Numbered from the stretch's first letter, positions 9,673 through 19,809 are shown. The stretch: 64,000 nucleotides of DNA from Obrimoposthia wandeli (GCA_977020255.1 CDROCS010000998.1:186001-250000), one strand, 5' to 3'. Notes: generated from the letters alone by a model not told the origin. Program-made: numbers and translations.

Positions 9673-10203
9673 ATGAAATACATTTACTTATTATCTGTAT
9701 TGGCGACTGCCGTATCATTCAATAGCCAAGCACTTGAAATAACAAGTCAGGATATTCATGAAGGGCAATTGATGGCAAAAAAATTCGAATACTCAGGTAT
9801 GGGATGTGATGGTGGAAATCAATCACCACAGCTATCTTGGGCAGATGCACCCAAAGGCACAAAAAGTTTCGCGATTACCGCTTTTGACCCAGACGCACCA
9901 ACAGGCAGCGGATGGTGGCACTGGACAGTATTAAATATTCCAGCAACAACACACAGTCTGCCACAAGGTGCATCAGGTAAATTAACACAAGGCTTAGAAA
10001 CACGAACAGATTATGGTAAACCTGGCTTTGGTGGTGTGTGTCCACCAGTGGGTAATGGTATGCACCGCTACCAATTTACAGTGTGGGCATTACCACAAGA
10101 AAAAATCGATTTGCCCGCAGATATTTCACCTGCCGTTGTAGGATTTACACTCAATAGTATGGCAATAGATAAAGCAGTATTAACCGCAACGTATGTTCGT
10201 TAA
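9673..10203 (+). CDS. YbhB/YbcL-family (PEBP/RKIP-like) periplasmic protein
   Basis: Signal peptide; SPQLSW, DPDAPTGSGWWHW, GVCPP.G.HRY. Start with AGGA RBS (track start 9619). Confidence 0.92.
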   Translation: MKYIYLLSVLATAVSFNSQALEITSQDIHEGQLMAKKFEYSGMGCDGGNQSPQLSWADAPKGTKSFAITAFDPDAPTGSGWWHWTVLNIPATTHSLPQGASGKLTQGLETRTDYGKPGFGGVCPPVGNGMHRYQFTVWALPQEKIDLPADISPAVVGFTLNSMAIDKAVLTATYVR

Positions 10204-10212
10204 TTAAATCAC

Positions 10213-11040
10213 TTGGGGTGTCAGTTGAAAGCACTTATTCGGGTCAATACCTACCATGCAAAAAAACCACAGCCATTACGAAATGTGCCGATCTACACCC
10301 CTAGTATTATTGCCGTTCAGTCTGGTCAAAAGATACTGAAATGGCATGATGATACATTAACATTTAATAAAAAAAATTGGTTAGTTATTCCCGCTAATCA
10401 ACAACTCACTTTTATTAATGAACCACATCAAGCACAATTTAATTCTGTTCAGATTTCATTTTTAGCACCTCCTTCTGAGGTGATAATGAGTGCAATCAAT
10501 AATAATAAGAACAATCATAACTTACAGCATATTGAGCAGCCTTTAATTGCGACTGATGCCGCCCTCGATTTTGTTTTTGCGCAACTGGTTGCTATTGTGC
10601 AAAAAAAGCTAAGTATTGAGGTGCAACAGCACTATTTGAATGGTTTTTATCAACAGTTACTGGAGATAGGCGTATTGCATTTACTTTTCCCCTCTTCTAC
10701 TTTATCGATGCGAGAAAAAGTCAGTCGGTACTTATCCACTAATCCTGCGGATCATCATTCTATTGAATCAACCTGTAAGCACTTTGCGACCAGTAAAGCG
10801 ACGTTAACTCGCCATTTAGCCAAGGAAGATACACTCTTTCGCGACGTGTTAGCTGAAGTGCGAATGTTACATGGGCTCAGCTTGATGCAGCAATATTCGT
10901 ATACTCAGCTTGAACTGGCACTACGTTGTGGTTATCAATCAGAATCACGCTTCGGTCAACGTTTTCACCAACAGTTTGGTATTACCCCAAAGCAATACAT
11001 GAAAACGGTAATGCAAAACACCATGAAAAATATAGCGTGA
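10213..11040 (+). CDS. AraC-family transcriptional regulator (YbcM-like position after YbcL)
   Basis: C-terminal AraC HTH (LALRCGYQSESRFGQRFHQQFGITP). Confidence 0.9.
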   Translation: MGCQLKALIRVNTYHAKKPQPLRNVPIYTPSIIAVQSGQKILKWHDDTLTFNKKNWLVIPANQQLTFINEPHQAQFNSVQISFLAPPSEVIMSAINNNKNNHNLQHIEQPLIATDAALDFVFAQLVAIVQKKLSIEVQQHYLNGFYQQLLEIGVLHLLFPSSTLSMREKVSRYLSTNPADHHSIESTCKHFATSKATLTRHLAKEDTLFRDVLAEVRMLHGLSLMQQYSYTQLELALRCGYQSESRFGQRFHQQFGITPKQYMKTVMQNTMKNIA

Positions 11041-11127
11041 AATGTTTCTTGCCCACAAGAGAAAAACCTCCGAGTATTAATTATTGTAAATAAAACCCTC
11101 GAAGGTTCAGTCAATTAATTTTACGAG

Positions 11128-11823
11128 TTAGCCAATATCGAGTACAAATGACGCGATAGAAAAATAGATCATAACGCCAGTAATATCAGCGATAGAAGTA
11201 ATCATTGGTGCACTTGCAGAGGCAGGGTCTAACTTCATTTTATGTAAACCGAAAGGAAGAACGGTGCCAATTAAGCTACCAATTAGAACAATAACAATCA
11301 TGCTTAGTGCAACAACCATCGCAACCTCATAACCGCCACGGTACGCCCCTAAAAAAAAGACCGCCACAGCCATACTTAAACCAAGAGCAAGCGCAACAAA
11401 CACTTCCCTTCCCAGCATTTTTGCCCAATCTTTTGGCGCAACATCGCCCACAGCCAAAGCGCGAACCATGAGGGTTGATGATTGAGACCCTGCATTTCCA
11501 CCGCTATCGATCAATAATGGTAAGAAGAAAACAAGTGCAATATAGGAGGTAATAATATCTTCAAAATAAGCAATGCCAGCACCCGAAAATAGGTTTCCAA
11601 ACACAAGCAACACTAACCAAAATACGCGTTTCTTGTAGAGCATACTGATCGATGCATTTTTAATACTGACACTCAGCGTATCGATGGAAGCGCCTTTATG
11701 AATATCTTCTGTTACTTCCGCTTCTGATAGTACTTTTCCATTTTCTTCAACTTTTCGAAGCATCTCGATACCTTCATTGATCTCATTTTTTTGTTCAATT
11801 ACATTTTTTTGAATTAATTCCAT
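11128..11823 (-). CDS. mgtE: MgtE-family divalent cation transporter, membrane domain only (no CBS/N domain)
   Basis: KKRVFWL, PLLIDSGGNAGSQS, DPASASAPMITSIADITG. Only ~60 aa precede TM1. Confidence 0.85.
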   Translation of the reverse strand: MELIQKNVIEQKNEINEGIEMLRKVEENGKVLSEAEVTEDIHKGASIDTLSVSIKNASISMLYKKRVFWLVLLVFGNLFSGAGIAYFEDIITSYIALVFFLPLLIDSGGNAGSQSSTLMVRALAVGDVAPKDWAKMLGREVFVALALGLSMAVAVFFLGAYRGGYEVAMVVALSMIVIVLIGSLIGTVLPFGLHKMKLDPASASAPMITSIADITGVMIYFSIASFVLDIG

Positions 11824-11835
11824 AATACGTCTCCA

Positions 11836-11863
11836 GATCTGAAGACGTAATTGTCTTCAGATC
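11836..11863 (-). promoter_or_regulatory. perfect 11-bp hairpin abutting the mgtE Shine-Dalgarno
   Basis: GATCTGAAGAC-6nt-GTCTTCAGATC followed immediately on the minus strand by TGGAG, then 7 nt, then ATG. Confidence 0.65.
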
Positions 11864-11864
11864 A

Positions 11865-11921
11865 TCAGGTGCGAGAAAGTGTAAACCGCCGACTAGGGGG
11901 TTCCTGTTTACTTGATTGCAT
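11865..11921 (-). CDS. putative leader peptide MQSSKQEPPSRRFTLSRT (18 aa) upstream of mgtE
   Basis: Hand-translated: AAGG 7 nt before ATG at 11921, TGA at 11867-11865, Pro-Pro and Arg-Arg codons. Not in the ORF track. Confidence 0.5.
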   Translation of the reverse strand: MQSSKQEPPSRRFTLSRT

Positions 11922-12432
11922 GATGTAGCCTTGTTAAAAACAAAGATGGTCTGTTGACCGGGCAGGTAGAAGTGCTTTGAAGAGAACTTTACACCACCTC
12001 ACTCTGGAGGCAGCTCAATGGAGAGACTATCAGAGTGATTTAAAATTAGTATTTATACAACAACTACTTGAATCCACAGTTTGTGCTCCTTATTGATTTT
12101 GACGGGACGTACTTTACCCAATATTGTTATGTTATACCATACCAATGTACAATGTTTTTTTCAGTGACCTATTTAATAGCGTTATTCCCTCAACCACATT
12201 CACTGTACTAATGAATAATAAACAGTGATGACCTTTCATATATACAGATAGGTATAAAGCCACCTAAAGCAATGAATAATAAACGCAATTAATAAGCACG
12301 ACAGAATCGTTATATTCACCAAGAAAATGCTTTATTTTTAACACAAGATCACACTTTATAAATTATTGCCAAAAAGAATATTTCCATTAACTACCATCAA
12401 TTACTCATCGGAGGTCAGATAAGGAAGAATAA

Positions 12433-13374
12433 ATGAAACAATTAATTGTTCTACTCACTCTTTGCTTAGCCGTTGCTACATGCCAAGCATCAACCAGTGC
12501 AAATAATGCAACCCAAAAAGGCTACACAGAAACCCAATACCCCATCGTTTTAGTGCACGGGTTATTTGGTTTTGATTCACTTGCAGGGTTTGATTACTTT
12601 TACGGTATCCCTCAAGAACTCAGTAAAAGTGGTGCCAACGTTTATGTCGCCCAAATATCAGCCACTAATAGTTCAGAGCTACGTGGCGAACAACTGCTTT
12701 TACAAGTTGAAGAAGTGCTTGCGGTAACAGGCGCTGAAAAAGTCAATCTAATCGGGCATAGCCATGGCGGACCAACAGCCCGTTATGTGGCATCAGTCGC
12801 CCCGCAATATGTCGCGTCGGTCACCAGTATTGGCGGTGTCAATAAAGGTTCAACTGTTGCCGATATCATGCGTGGAACCATTTCTGAAGGCTCATTACCC
12901 GAAGGGATTGCGGTTAAATTGGCTGGAGGATTAACCACACTCATTGGGTTACTTTCTGGTGGCGGTGACTTACCTCAAGATCCACTGGCATCACTTGAAG
13001 CCTTAACCACCGAAGGTTCTTTAGCGTTTAATCAGAAATACCCTGAAGGGATCCCCACTTCAAACTGTGGTGATGGTGATTGGGTTGCCGATAACGGCGT
13101 GTATTATTACTCATGGACGGGAACATCAAACTACACCAACGTACTCGATCCCACAGATCCTGCGATGTTCATTTTAGGCTTCGCGTTCGATGAACCGAAT
13201 GATGGCCTAGTAGGTCAGTGTAGCTCACACCTTGGAAAGGTTATTCGCGATGATTATAAAATGAATCACCTTGATGAAATTAACGGTTTATTAGGTATTC
13301 ATCACCTATTTGAAACGGATCCTAAGACCCTTTATCGCCAGCACGCAAACCGCCTACAGCTGCAAGGATTGTAA
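12433..13374 (+). CDS. lipA: secreted triacylglycerol lipase (family I.1)
   Basis: Signal peptide; YPIVLVHG oxyanion motif, GHSHGG nucleophile, NDGLV, NHLDE.N. Confidence 0.95.
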   Translation: MKQLIVLLTLCLAVATCQASTSANNATQKGYTETQYPIVLVHGLFGFDSLAGFDYFYGIPQELSKSGANVYVAQISATNSSELRGEQLLLQVEEVLAVTGAEKVNLIGHSHGGPTARYVASVAPQYVASVTSIGGVNKGSTVADIMRGTISEGSLPEGIAVKLAGGLTTLIGLLSGGGDLPQDPLASLEALTTEGSLAFNQKYPEGIPTSNCGDGDWVADNGVYYYSWTGTSNYTNVLDPTDPAMFILGFAFDEPNDGLVGQCSSHLGKVIRDDYKMNHLDEINGLLGIHHLFETDPKTLYRQHANRLQLQGL

Positions 13375-13376
13375 TC

Positions 13377-14312
13377 ATGAAAAAGACCGCGCTTAAAATA
13401 TCTATCGTTTTTGCTACCTGTATTACTGGTATCTGTATTTTTGCCGCGGTCATATTCAACTTGCACCTGTTTAGCACAGATAAAGCAGCTTTTTTATCAA
13501 CGACGTCAACATCTATACAAACACCTTCAGCAATCAAAGCCGTATCGCAGAAGGATACCAATATTGATATTGATTCTAACCGAGATACCTTCGAGTATTT
13601 TCTCTCTGGTTTAGGTGAAACAGACATTGAGACCCTAAAGAAAAATTTTGCCGAATTTAATGAACAGCAAAACCGTACAGTTAAAATCGATGAAGCACTG
13701 TTTCAACAATATATCGACTACAAAGCGGCATTATTTATCTTAGAACGTACTACGAGTACCGATGCGACCTCGGTAAACTCTCAGCTTTCAGCTATGCATC
13801 AGCAGCTATTAGAGATACAACAACAGTTTTTTACTCCCGAACAACAACAGGCATTATTTGGGGAAGAAAACCAACTACGCGAACTTGCTTTAAAACAACA
13901 AGAACTCAAACACCAAGCGCAATCACCCGCAGATTACCAACAACTTTGGCAAGATGAATTAGACCAATACCCCCCCAACTTACAAGAAAGCTATCGCAAC
14001 GCTAGCCTACTCAACCGATTAGAATTAACCAAAGATATGGATGCACAAAGTCAGTTCTTGATAAGAGAAGATCTCGTGGGCAGTGAAGCGGCAATGCGGC
14101 TCACAAATCTGGATCAGCAGCGAGAAAGCTTCAAGCAACAAGTTGATAAATACTTAGTAGAACGCGAACAAATATTACTCGACACAAACAGTCACCAAGA
14201 TGACAAACTACTAGCCATACAAACACTGCGTGAACTCACATTTGAATCCGACCAATACCGCCGGATTCAAGCGTTAGAGAGTATCCATGATCAACAAGCC
14301 ACGGTATATTAA
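13377..14312 (+). CDS. lipB: lipase-specific foldase (lipase chaperone)
   Basis: N-terminal TM anchor, R..FEYFLS.LGE motif, helical Gln-rich body; 2 nt after lipA. Confidence 0.9.
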   Translation: MKKTALKISIVFATCITGICIFAAVIFNLHLFSTDKAAFLSTTSTSIQTPSAIKAVSQKDTNIDIDSNRDTFEYFLSGLGETDIETLKKNFAEFNEQQNRTVKIDEALFQQYIDYKAALFILERTTSTDATSVNSQLSAMHQQLLEIQQQFFTPEQQQALFGEENQLRELALKQQELKHQAQSPADYQQLWQDELDQYPPNLQESYRNASLLNRLELTKDMDAQSQFLIREDLVGSEAAMRLTNLDQQRESFKQQVDKYLVEREQILLDTNSHQDDKLLAIQTLRELTFESDQYRRIQALESIHDQQATVY

Positions 14313-14332
14313 GTGAGTCGATAAAGCATAAT

Positions 14333-15370
14333 TTAAGCGCGGTTAAATACGCGTTTAGATAGTATCAATGCCTCTAAAATGCATAATAATAAGCCAAGCC
14401 AGATAAAGCTGAAGCTCACCAGCTTCACCTGATCCAATACTTCATGAAACACAAAAATTGCTAGTAAAAATTGTAAGCTCGGCTCGATATATTGGGTTAA
14501 ACCAATCATCGTTANNNNNNNNNNNNNNNNNNNNNNNNNNNNNNNNNNNNNNNNNNNNNNNNNNNNNNNNNNNNNNNNNNNNNNNNNNNNNNNNNNNNNN
14601 NNNNNNNNNNNNNNNNNNNNNNNNNNNNNNNNNNNNNNNNNNNNNNNNNNNNNNNNNNNNNNNNNNNNNNNNNNNNNNNNTATCAAAGTAATTGGTGCTG
14701 CACCTGCATATAAAACAGCCGTCGAGAAATCACTAGAAAAGACAGTCGACGTCTGACTTAAAAAGCTCAATAACATATAACCCAATGCGAACGGCATTAA
14801 TAACGTTACCTCAATCGACATTGATGTTAACGAATCAAATTGGATAAACTTTTTTGTTAGGCCATACAACGCAAATGAGCAGCCCATAACCAATGAAACC
14901 CATGGTAGCTCACCATATGCATACACTTGATAACCGATACCGCAAGCTGCCAGAATAACGGCTATTTGTTGAGCCCAAGATAGCTTATCTTTAAAAAACA
15001 CTATACCTAATGCAACTGAGAATAATGGGTTAATAAAATACCCCAAACTTGCTGCTAATACCTGATCATGCGTTATTGCCCAGGTGAAAGTATAAAGTGA
15101 TATACAATTAAATAATCCTGCGACAAAGCAAAGGCATAATACTTTTTTATACTTCATCGCCATAGAAAAACTTAAATTAGATATTTTAAAACATTTCAAG
15201 GTCAGCAACATTAATGGTACCGAGAAGATAATTCTCATCGCAAGTAACTCATTAGTATCAGCCTGAGGAAGAAGCTGAAAATATAGAGGCAATAACCCCC
15301 AGAGTACAAATGCAATAATTGCAATGAAATTCCCATGAATACGAGAAAACATACTATTTATCCTGAACAA
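14333..15370 (-). CDS. rarD: RarD/EamA-family transporter (spans assembly gap)
   Basis: LWGLLPLYF, ASLGYFINPL, YGELPW.SL..SFALYGL.KK, QYIEPSLQF; interrupted by Ns. Confidence 0.85.
   Translation of the reverse strand: MFRINSMFSRIHGNFIAIIAFVLWGLLPLYFQLLPQADTNELLAMRIIFSVPLMLLTLKCFKISNLSFSMAMKYKKVLCLCFVAGLFNCISLYTFTWAITHDQVLAASLGYFINPLFSVALGIVFFKDKLSWAQQIAVILAACGIGYQVYAYGELPWVSLVMGCSFALYGLTKKFIQFDSLTSMSIEVTLLMPFALGYMLLSFLSQTSTVFSSDFSTAVLYAGAAPITLIXXXXXXXXXXXXXXXXXXXXXXXXXXXXXXXXXXXXXXXXXXXXXXXXXXXXXXXXTMIGLTQYIEPSLQFLLAIFVFHEVLDQVKLVSFSFIWLGLLLCILEALILSKRVFNRA
14515..14680. other. assembly gap (166 N)
   Basis: Run of n characters. Confidence 0.99.
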
Positions 15371-15538
15371 TGTAATTAATGTGACGCACTATCTCTGACC
15401 AAAGACCCTCGGCTAGGCAAGCAAATGCGACTAATCAAACAAGAAGTCTGCGTAATACAGCTGGTGATTTTGAAAAAAGTGGCAGTAATTGCCCATTAAA
15501 GCAACTAACGAAGTGGAAGTTTTAATACCAGTAATATA

Positions 15539-15811
15539 TCAATGTAAATAGATCACATTATTACTTCGTAAATCTGACCATATTAATATTTCCCTATAAT
15601 GCTGTTTAAACAACACTAAAGACAAACTAAAAAATATGAACACCAAGGTAATAATACTGCTGCTTTCTGTTACATCTGATGTTGAAACACTAAGTAAAAG
15701 ACCGACCCCAATACCTAGAGAACACAGAAGTTGCAGCATTGGATAAGAGAGATAAAAAAAAGCTTTTAAGCTAAATAGAAAATAAAATAACCATTTTTTT
15801 AGCACTGTCAT
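15539..15811 (-). CDS. small membrane hypothetical protein (2 TM)
   Basis: ATG at 15811 with AGGAG RBS; two hydrophobic segments. Confidence 0.55.
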   Translation of the reverse strand: MTVLKKWLFYFLFSLKAFFYLSYPMLQLLCSLGIGVGLLLSVSTSDVTESSSIITLVFIFFSLSLVLFKQHYREILIWSDLRSNNVIYLH

Positions 15812-16038
15812 AACAAACTCCTTTCTCTTAATACTATAAGTACCGATAGCATAACGATAAGCTGCTAGCACTAGTTTGCTATATTTGACTATCGCTCATT
15901 AATCGTCAGAAAAAAATATAACTTAAGGCAAGTCATATCCGCAAGTAAAAATATTCAAGATTCTAAATACCAACAGAGACCTGAAAATCACAAGCCTCTG
16001 CTGTCTTAATGAGGAGCACTTACAATGTAGCGTGTGTT

Positions 16039-17193
16039 CTAGCCTTTATTAAGCTGGCCTTCGACAAGCGCCTGCCAATAATTCACGCCCTTCATCAAAA
16101 TATTATCATTAAAATCATACAACGGATTATGCAGTGCCGTACCACCACATTCACCCTGACCATTACCGACCAATATATAACAACCTTTTACTTCACGTAG
16201 CATGAAGGAAAAGTCTTCACTGATAGTAAATGGTTCACAATTACCATTTACATTTTCAGCACCAACTACCTTCTCTGCAGCTTTAACAGCGTGTGCTGTT
16301 TCTTCTGCGGTATTGATGGTAGACAGGAAGCTATTGTTGAAATGATATTTATAATCCACACCGGCAGACATACACTGACCAGCGACAATGCGCTCAATCG
16401 CTTTTTCAATCTTGCCGAGTGCTTCATCGGTAAAGCTACGGGTATCACCCTTGATCTTCACTTGCGATGGGATCACATTCACAGTGCCGTTAGTGGTAAA
16501 TTCAGTAACTGAAATCACTGCAGTTTCGTTGATCGCACTCAGGTTACGCGAAACAATAGTTTGCATCGCCGTAACAATTTGCGCGCCAACAACAATAGGA
16601 TCAGTGCCCATATGAGGCATTGCGGCATGGCCACCTGTCGCAATAACATCAATTTCAAAACTACTTTCACTAGCCATAAGTGAATGAGGTCGAGTCACAA
16701 ACTGACCTTCTGGAATCCCTGGAAGGTTGTGCATCGCGTACACGGCATCAATTTTCCACTTAGTAAACAGGCCATCCGCAATCATAGCTTTGGCCCCGAC
16801 GCCATGCTCTTCGCCCGGCTGGAAAATAAAATAGACTGTACCGTCAAAGTCACGCGTGCGGGCAAGTTCATGTGCCGCGCCAAGTAACATCGCCGTATGA
16901 CCATCATGACCACATGCATGCATCACTCCTTCGTGTACCGAAGCATGTGCAAAACAATTTTGCTCGTGAATATGCAGCGCATCCATATCGGCACGCAAGC
17001 CAATTGAACGATCACTATCACCGCACTTTAAAACACCAACGACACCTGTTTTACCAATATTGCGGTGCACCTCAATACCAAACTCTTCCAGTTTATTAGC
17101 CACCATTTCTGAGGTCATCACTTCTTCAAAGCCAAATTCTGGGTGCTTATGAATATGGCGACGCCAGTCGATAACTTTCTGTTCAATGGTCAT
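16039..17193 (-). CDS. M20D-family amidohydrolase (hippurate hydrolase-like)
   Basis: RRHIHKHPEFGFEE, LRADMDAL, HACGHDGH, QPGEE, SEDF, LHNP.YDFND. Confidence 0.93.
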   Translation of the reverse strand: MTIEQKVIDWRRHIHKHPEFGFEEVMTSEMVANKLEEFGIEVHRNIGKTGVVGVLKCGDSDRSIGLRADMDALHIHEQNCFAHASVHEGVMHACGHDGHTAMLLGAAHELARTRDFDGTVYFIFQPGEEHGVGAKAMIADGLFTKWKIDAVYAMHNLPGIPEGQFVTRPHSLMASESSFEIDVIATGGHAAMPHMGTDPIVVGAQIVTAMQTIVSRNLSAINETAVISVTEFTTNGTVNVIPSQVKIKGDTRSFTDEALGKIEKAIERIVAGQCMSAGVDYKYHFNNSFLSTINTAEETAHAVKAAEKVVGAENVNGNCEPFTISEDFSFMLREVKGCYILVGNGQGECGGTALHNPLYDFNDNILMKGVNYWQALVEGQLNKG

Positions 17194-17249
17194 TTTTCAT
17201 TCTCCAACAACGGTGGCGCAGTTACCTATTGTAACTGCGCAACGTCTAA

Positions 17250-18221
17250 TTAAGCTTCTTGAGGTTTAAGGGTTTTATTGTCGGTTTCTTTTGTTTCAAA
17301 CTTAGTAAACACGTACAGTGCAACAACAATTAGTGATACAACAATTGTTTTACCCAATACCATTTCCTCGCCAAGAGTAACAACAGCCACTAAATATCCT
17401 ACTAACGGCATTAGGTTTAGTGCCATTGTGGCTTTCTCTACACCAATGCGTTTGAATGAATAAAGCTGAATGAGGTAGCTACCACCTGAAATACCCGTTC
17501 CAAGGAAAATAAGTAAACCAATCAGTAATGGGCTCGATAAAATAATATTAATTTGTGATAAATCTAAATCCATAGCAAAGACAACAATAATACCTAGTGC
17601 TGCAACCGATATATATTGATACAACATTGACACAACAGAACCATATTTATCTGCAAGGCTTGCACGTAGGTGAGCTGTCCATGCAAGTGCTAGCATTGAA
17701 CAAGTCACATACACATATCCAAGAAGTGGTGTACCACCTTCGATGTTGTTGGTGGGACCAACACTCATTGCATAGATACAAACTGCTGATGCGATAAATG
17801 CTCCCCACTGAACCTTGTTCATTCTAAAGTTCATGAACATCATGCCAAAAAATACTGTCGCGAATGGCTGCATTCCTTGAATCACACCGTTCTCTGTTGC
17901 ACCAATATGGGATAGAGAGAGGAAATTAAAGAGTGAAAATACCCCTTGGCCAACAATTCCACATAACGCAATTTTTAGGTAATCTTTCTTTTCGATTTTT
18001 AGAGATTTACCAAGATCTTTACTGAGACTTTCGCTACGAGACGTAAAGCTATAAACAATCGTTAAACCAATTACAGCGGTTACGTAACGAAAGAAAACAA
18101 GCGTCATCGGATCGACAGCCATAGACAACGGCTTTGAAACAACTCCCGTCACTCCCCAAATAATGGCGACAGCAATGGCTGCAGTCCATCCTAAGAACGT
18201 TTCTTTTTTAGTTATAGTCAT
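17250..18221 (-). CDS. DMT/EamA-family transporter
   Basis: Two EamA repeats, ~10 TM; sits in operon between the two hydrolases. Confidence 0.9.
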   Translation of the reverse strand: MTITKKETFLGWTAAIAVAIIWGVTGVVSKPLSMAVDPMTLVFFRYVTAVIGLTIVYSFTSRSESLSKDLGKSLKIEKKDYLKIALCGIVGQGVFSLFNFLSLSHIGATENGVIQGMQPFATVFFGMMFMNFRMNKVQWGAFIASAVCIYAMSVGPTNNIEGGTPLLGYVYVTCSMLALAWTAHLRASLADKYGSVVSMLYQYISVAALGIIVVFAMDLDLSQINIILSSPLLIGLLIFLGTGISGGSYLIQLYSFKRIGVEKATMALNLMPLVGYLVAVVTLGEEMVLGKTIVVSLIVVALYVFTKFETKETDNKTLKPQEA

Positions 18222-18294
18222 GTGTGTTTGCCTAATTATTTTTATCGTTATTGTTAGGGCTCTATCATCATTAAAACCCTAGAAAGTATTATTA

Positions 18295-19458
18295 TTAAAT
18301 GATGATCAACTCAGGCTCGGCACGCTTGCTTAGCCATTCAGCACCATCCTCGGTGATCACAATATTCTCTTCGTGAACCATGGATTTACCTGGCGCATAC
18401 ACCATGCCAGGCTCAAGAGTCATCACCATACCTGGCTTTAAAATCGTGTTATCAGTTGCTGTATTAGACGGACGTTCAGTCAGTTCCATACCCAGGCCAT
18501 GGCCAAGACGACCTACATCATTGCCAAGAGCACCATTCGCCTCTAATACTCCCCACATCGCGTTATAGATGTCGGTAGTTGTGGCACCTGGACGTGCAGC
18601 TTCAAAGCCTTTCGTGGTTGCCTCATAAGTCGCACGGTATGCTGCTTTAGTTTGTTCACTTGCGCTGCCAAATGCCCAGTTACGGTCAAAGTCAGAGAAA
18701 TATCCGTCACGTACTGCACCGGTATCAATGATCAGCACATCACCCTCTTCGATAATGCGATCTGTCGGCCCCATAATGATGCTGTCGTAACCATCTGGGC
18801 CTGAACCCGCAATGATATACGGACATTCATCAGCACCGTCTAACAGCATATCGATACGGAACTGCTTACAAATTTCACGTTCTGTCATACCTGAACGAGC
18901 ATAATCAGGGACTTTGTTAAAACCAAGATTAGTGATTCGGCAGATTTCACGGGTCTTTTCTATTTCTGCTTGAGATTTAATTTGACGTAGCTCATGCATT
19001 GCCAGTGATACATCAACAAATTCTTTTTTAACCATGGTGGTTAGCTTCAAGTAGCTGTTAACAGGCATACGTAGATGAGATTCAATACCCAACGTTGCAC
19101 CCACTCGACCATGGCGACACGGCAATGAATTCAATGCGCTAGCTACTAAGCTAATACCATCATCTTCTGGGCGAGGAGATGGCCATGTAATGATATTTTC
19201 AATCCACGTTCCCGCCATACCGCTTGCACCGATTTCAGGAATAACCGCGATTGGCTTACCTTCTGCAGGCACAATAACAAACCAAGGACGAGTTGGGCTG
19301 TGCCAGAATTGAGTATGAAAACCAGTGAAATAACGCACATTAGGTTCAGTGGTAAAAATCATCGCGTCCAAATTCATTTCGTGCATCACTTTCTGTGCAC
19401 GTGCTGTTCTATGTTCAAATTCAGACTGTTCAAAACCACGTTGTAAATAGTTAGTCAT
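18295..19458 (-). CDS. M24-family (Xaa-Pro peptidase/creatinase fold) hydrolase
   Basis: Creatinase-N domain; metal ligands IDTG..GYFSD, GHGLG, TLEP, HEEN. Start MTNY with GAGG RBS (track start 19509). Confidence 0.9.
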   Translation of the reverse strand: MTNYLQRGFEQSEFEHRTARAQKVMHEMNLDAMIFTTEPNVRYFTGFHTQFWHSPTRPWFVIVPAEGKPIAVIPEIGASGMAGTWIENIITWPSPRPEDDGISLVASALNSLPCRHGRVGATLGIESHLRMPVNSYLKLTTMVKKEFVDVSLAMHELRQIKSQAEIEKTREICRITNLGFNKVPDYARSGMTEREICKQFRIDMLLDGADECPYIIAGSGPDGYDSIIMGPTDRIIEEGDVLIIDTGAVRDGYFSDFDRNWAFGSASEQTKAAYRATYEATTKGFEAARPGATTTDIYNAMWGVLEANGALGNDVGRLGHGLGMELTERPSNTATDNTILKPGMVMTLEPGMVYAPGKSMVHEENIVITEDGAEWLSKRAEPELIII

Positions 19459-19809
19459 TGCGACCTCTTCCTTATTGTAATGGTCGTATAGCAACCAGTT
19501 GCAGTGCACAAAAGTGAACTATTATCCGCTACACAGTTCAATATTGTTTACGTTAGGGTGCTGCATGTTACTTACTCTTCAGTTAAATAATGTGACCCAA
19601 GTCGCGCAGTTAACTTTAGTGACCTAAAGCATACCTTGTCTGAATGATTTTGTGACTAAAATCAACTTTAGTTATATTTAGTGAACTTTAGAGTTGTCTA
19701 ACATCGCAATTTATAGTTTTATAGTTACACAAATTTGATTTTAAACTTGTCTTTTGGGTTTATGAAGACCACAATAGTTAACAGAACTAGTTAACCATAG
19801 TGATCTAAA

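Noticed and set aside
11824-12060. M-box (ykoK) riboswitch upstream of mgtE
   Set aside because: I could not find the conserved M-box sequence blocks; an Infernal/Rfam scan would settle it.
18295-19458. DMSP lyase DddP or ectoine hydrolase DoeA
   Set aside because: Same fold, but no DMSP or ectoine pathway neighbours; context points to diaminopropionate.
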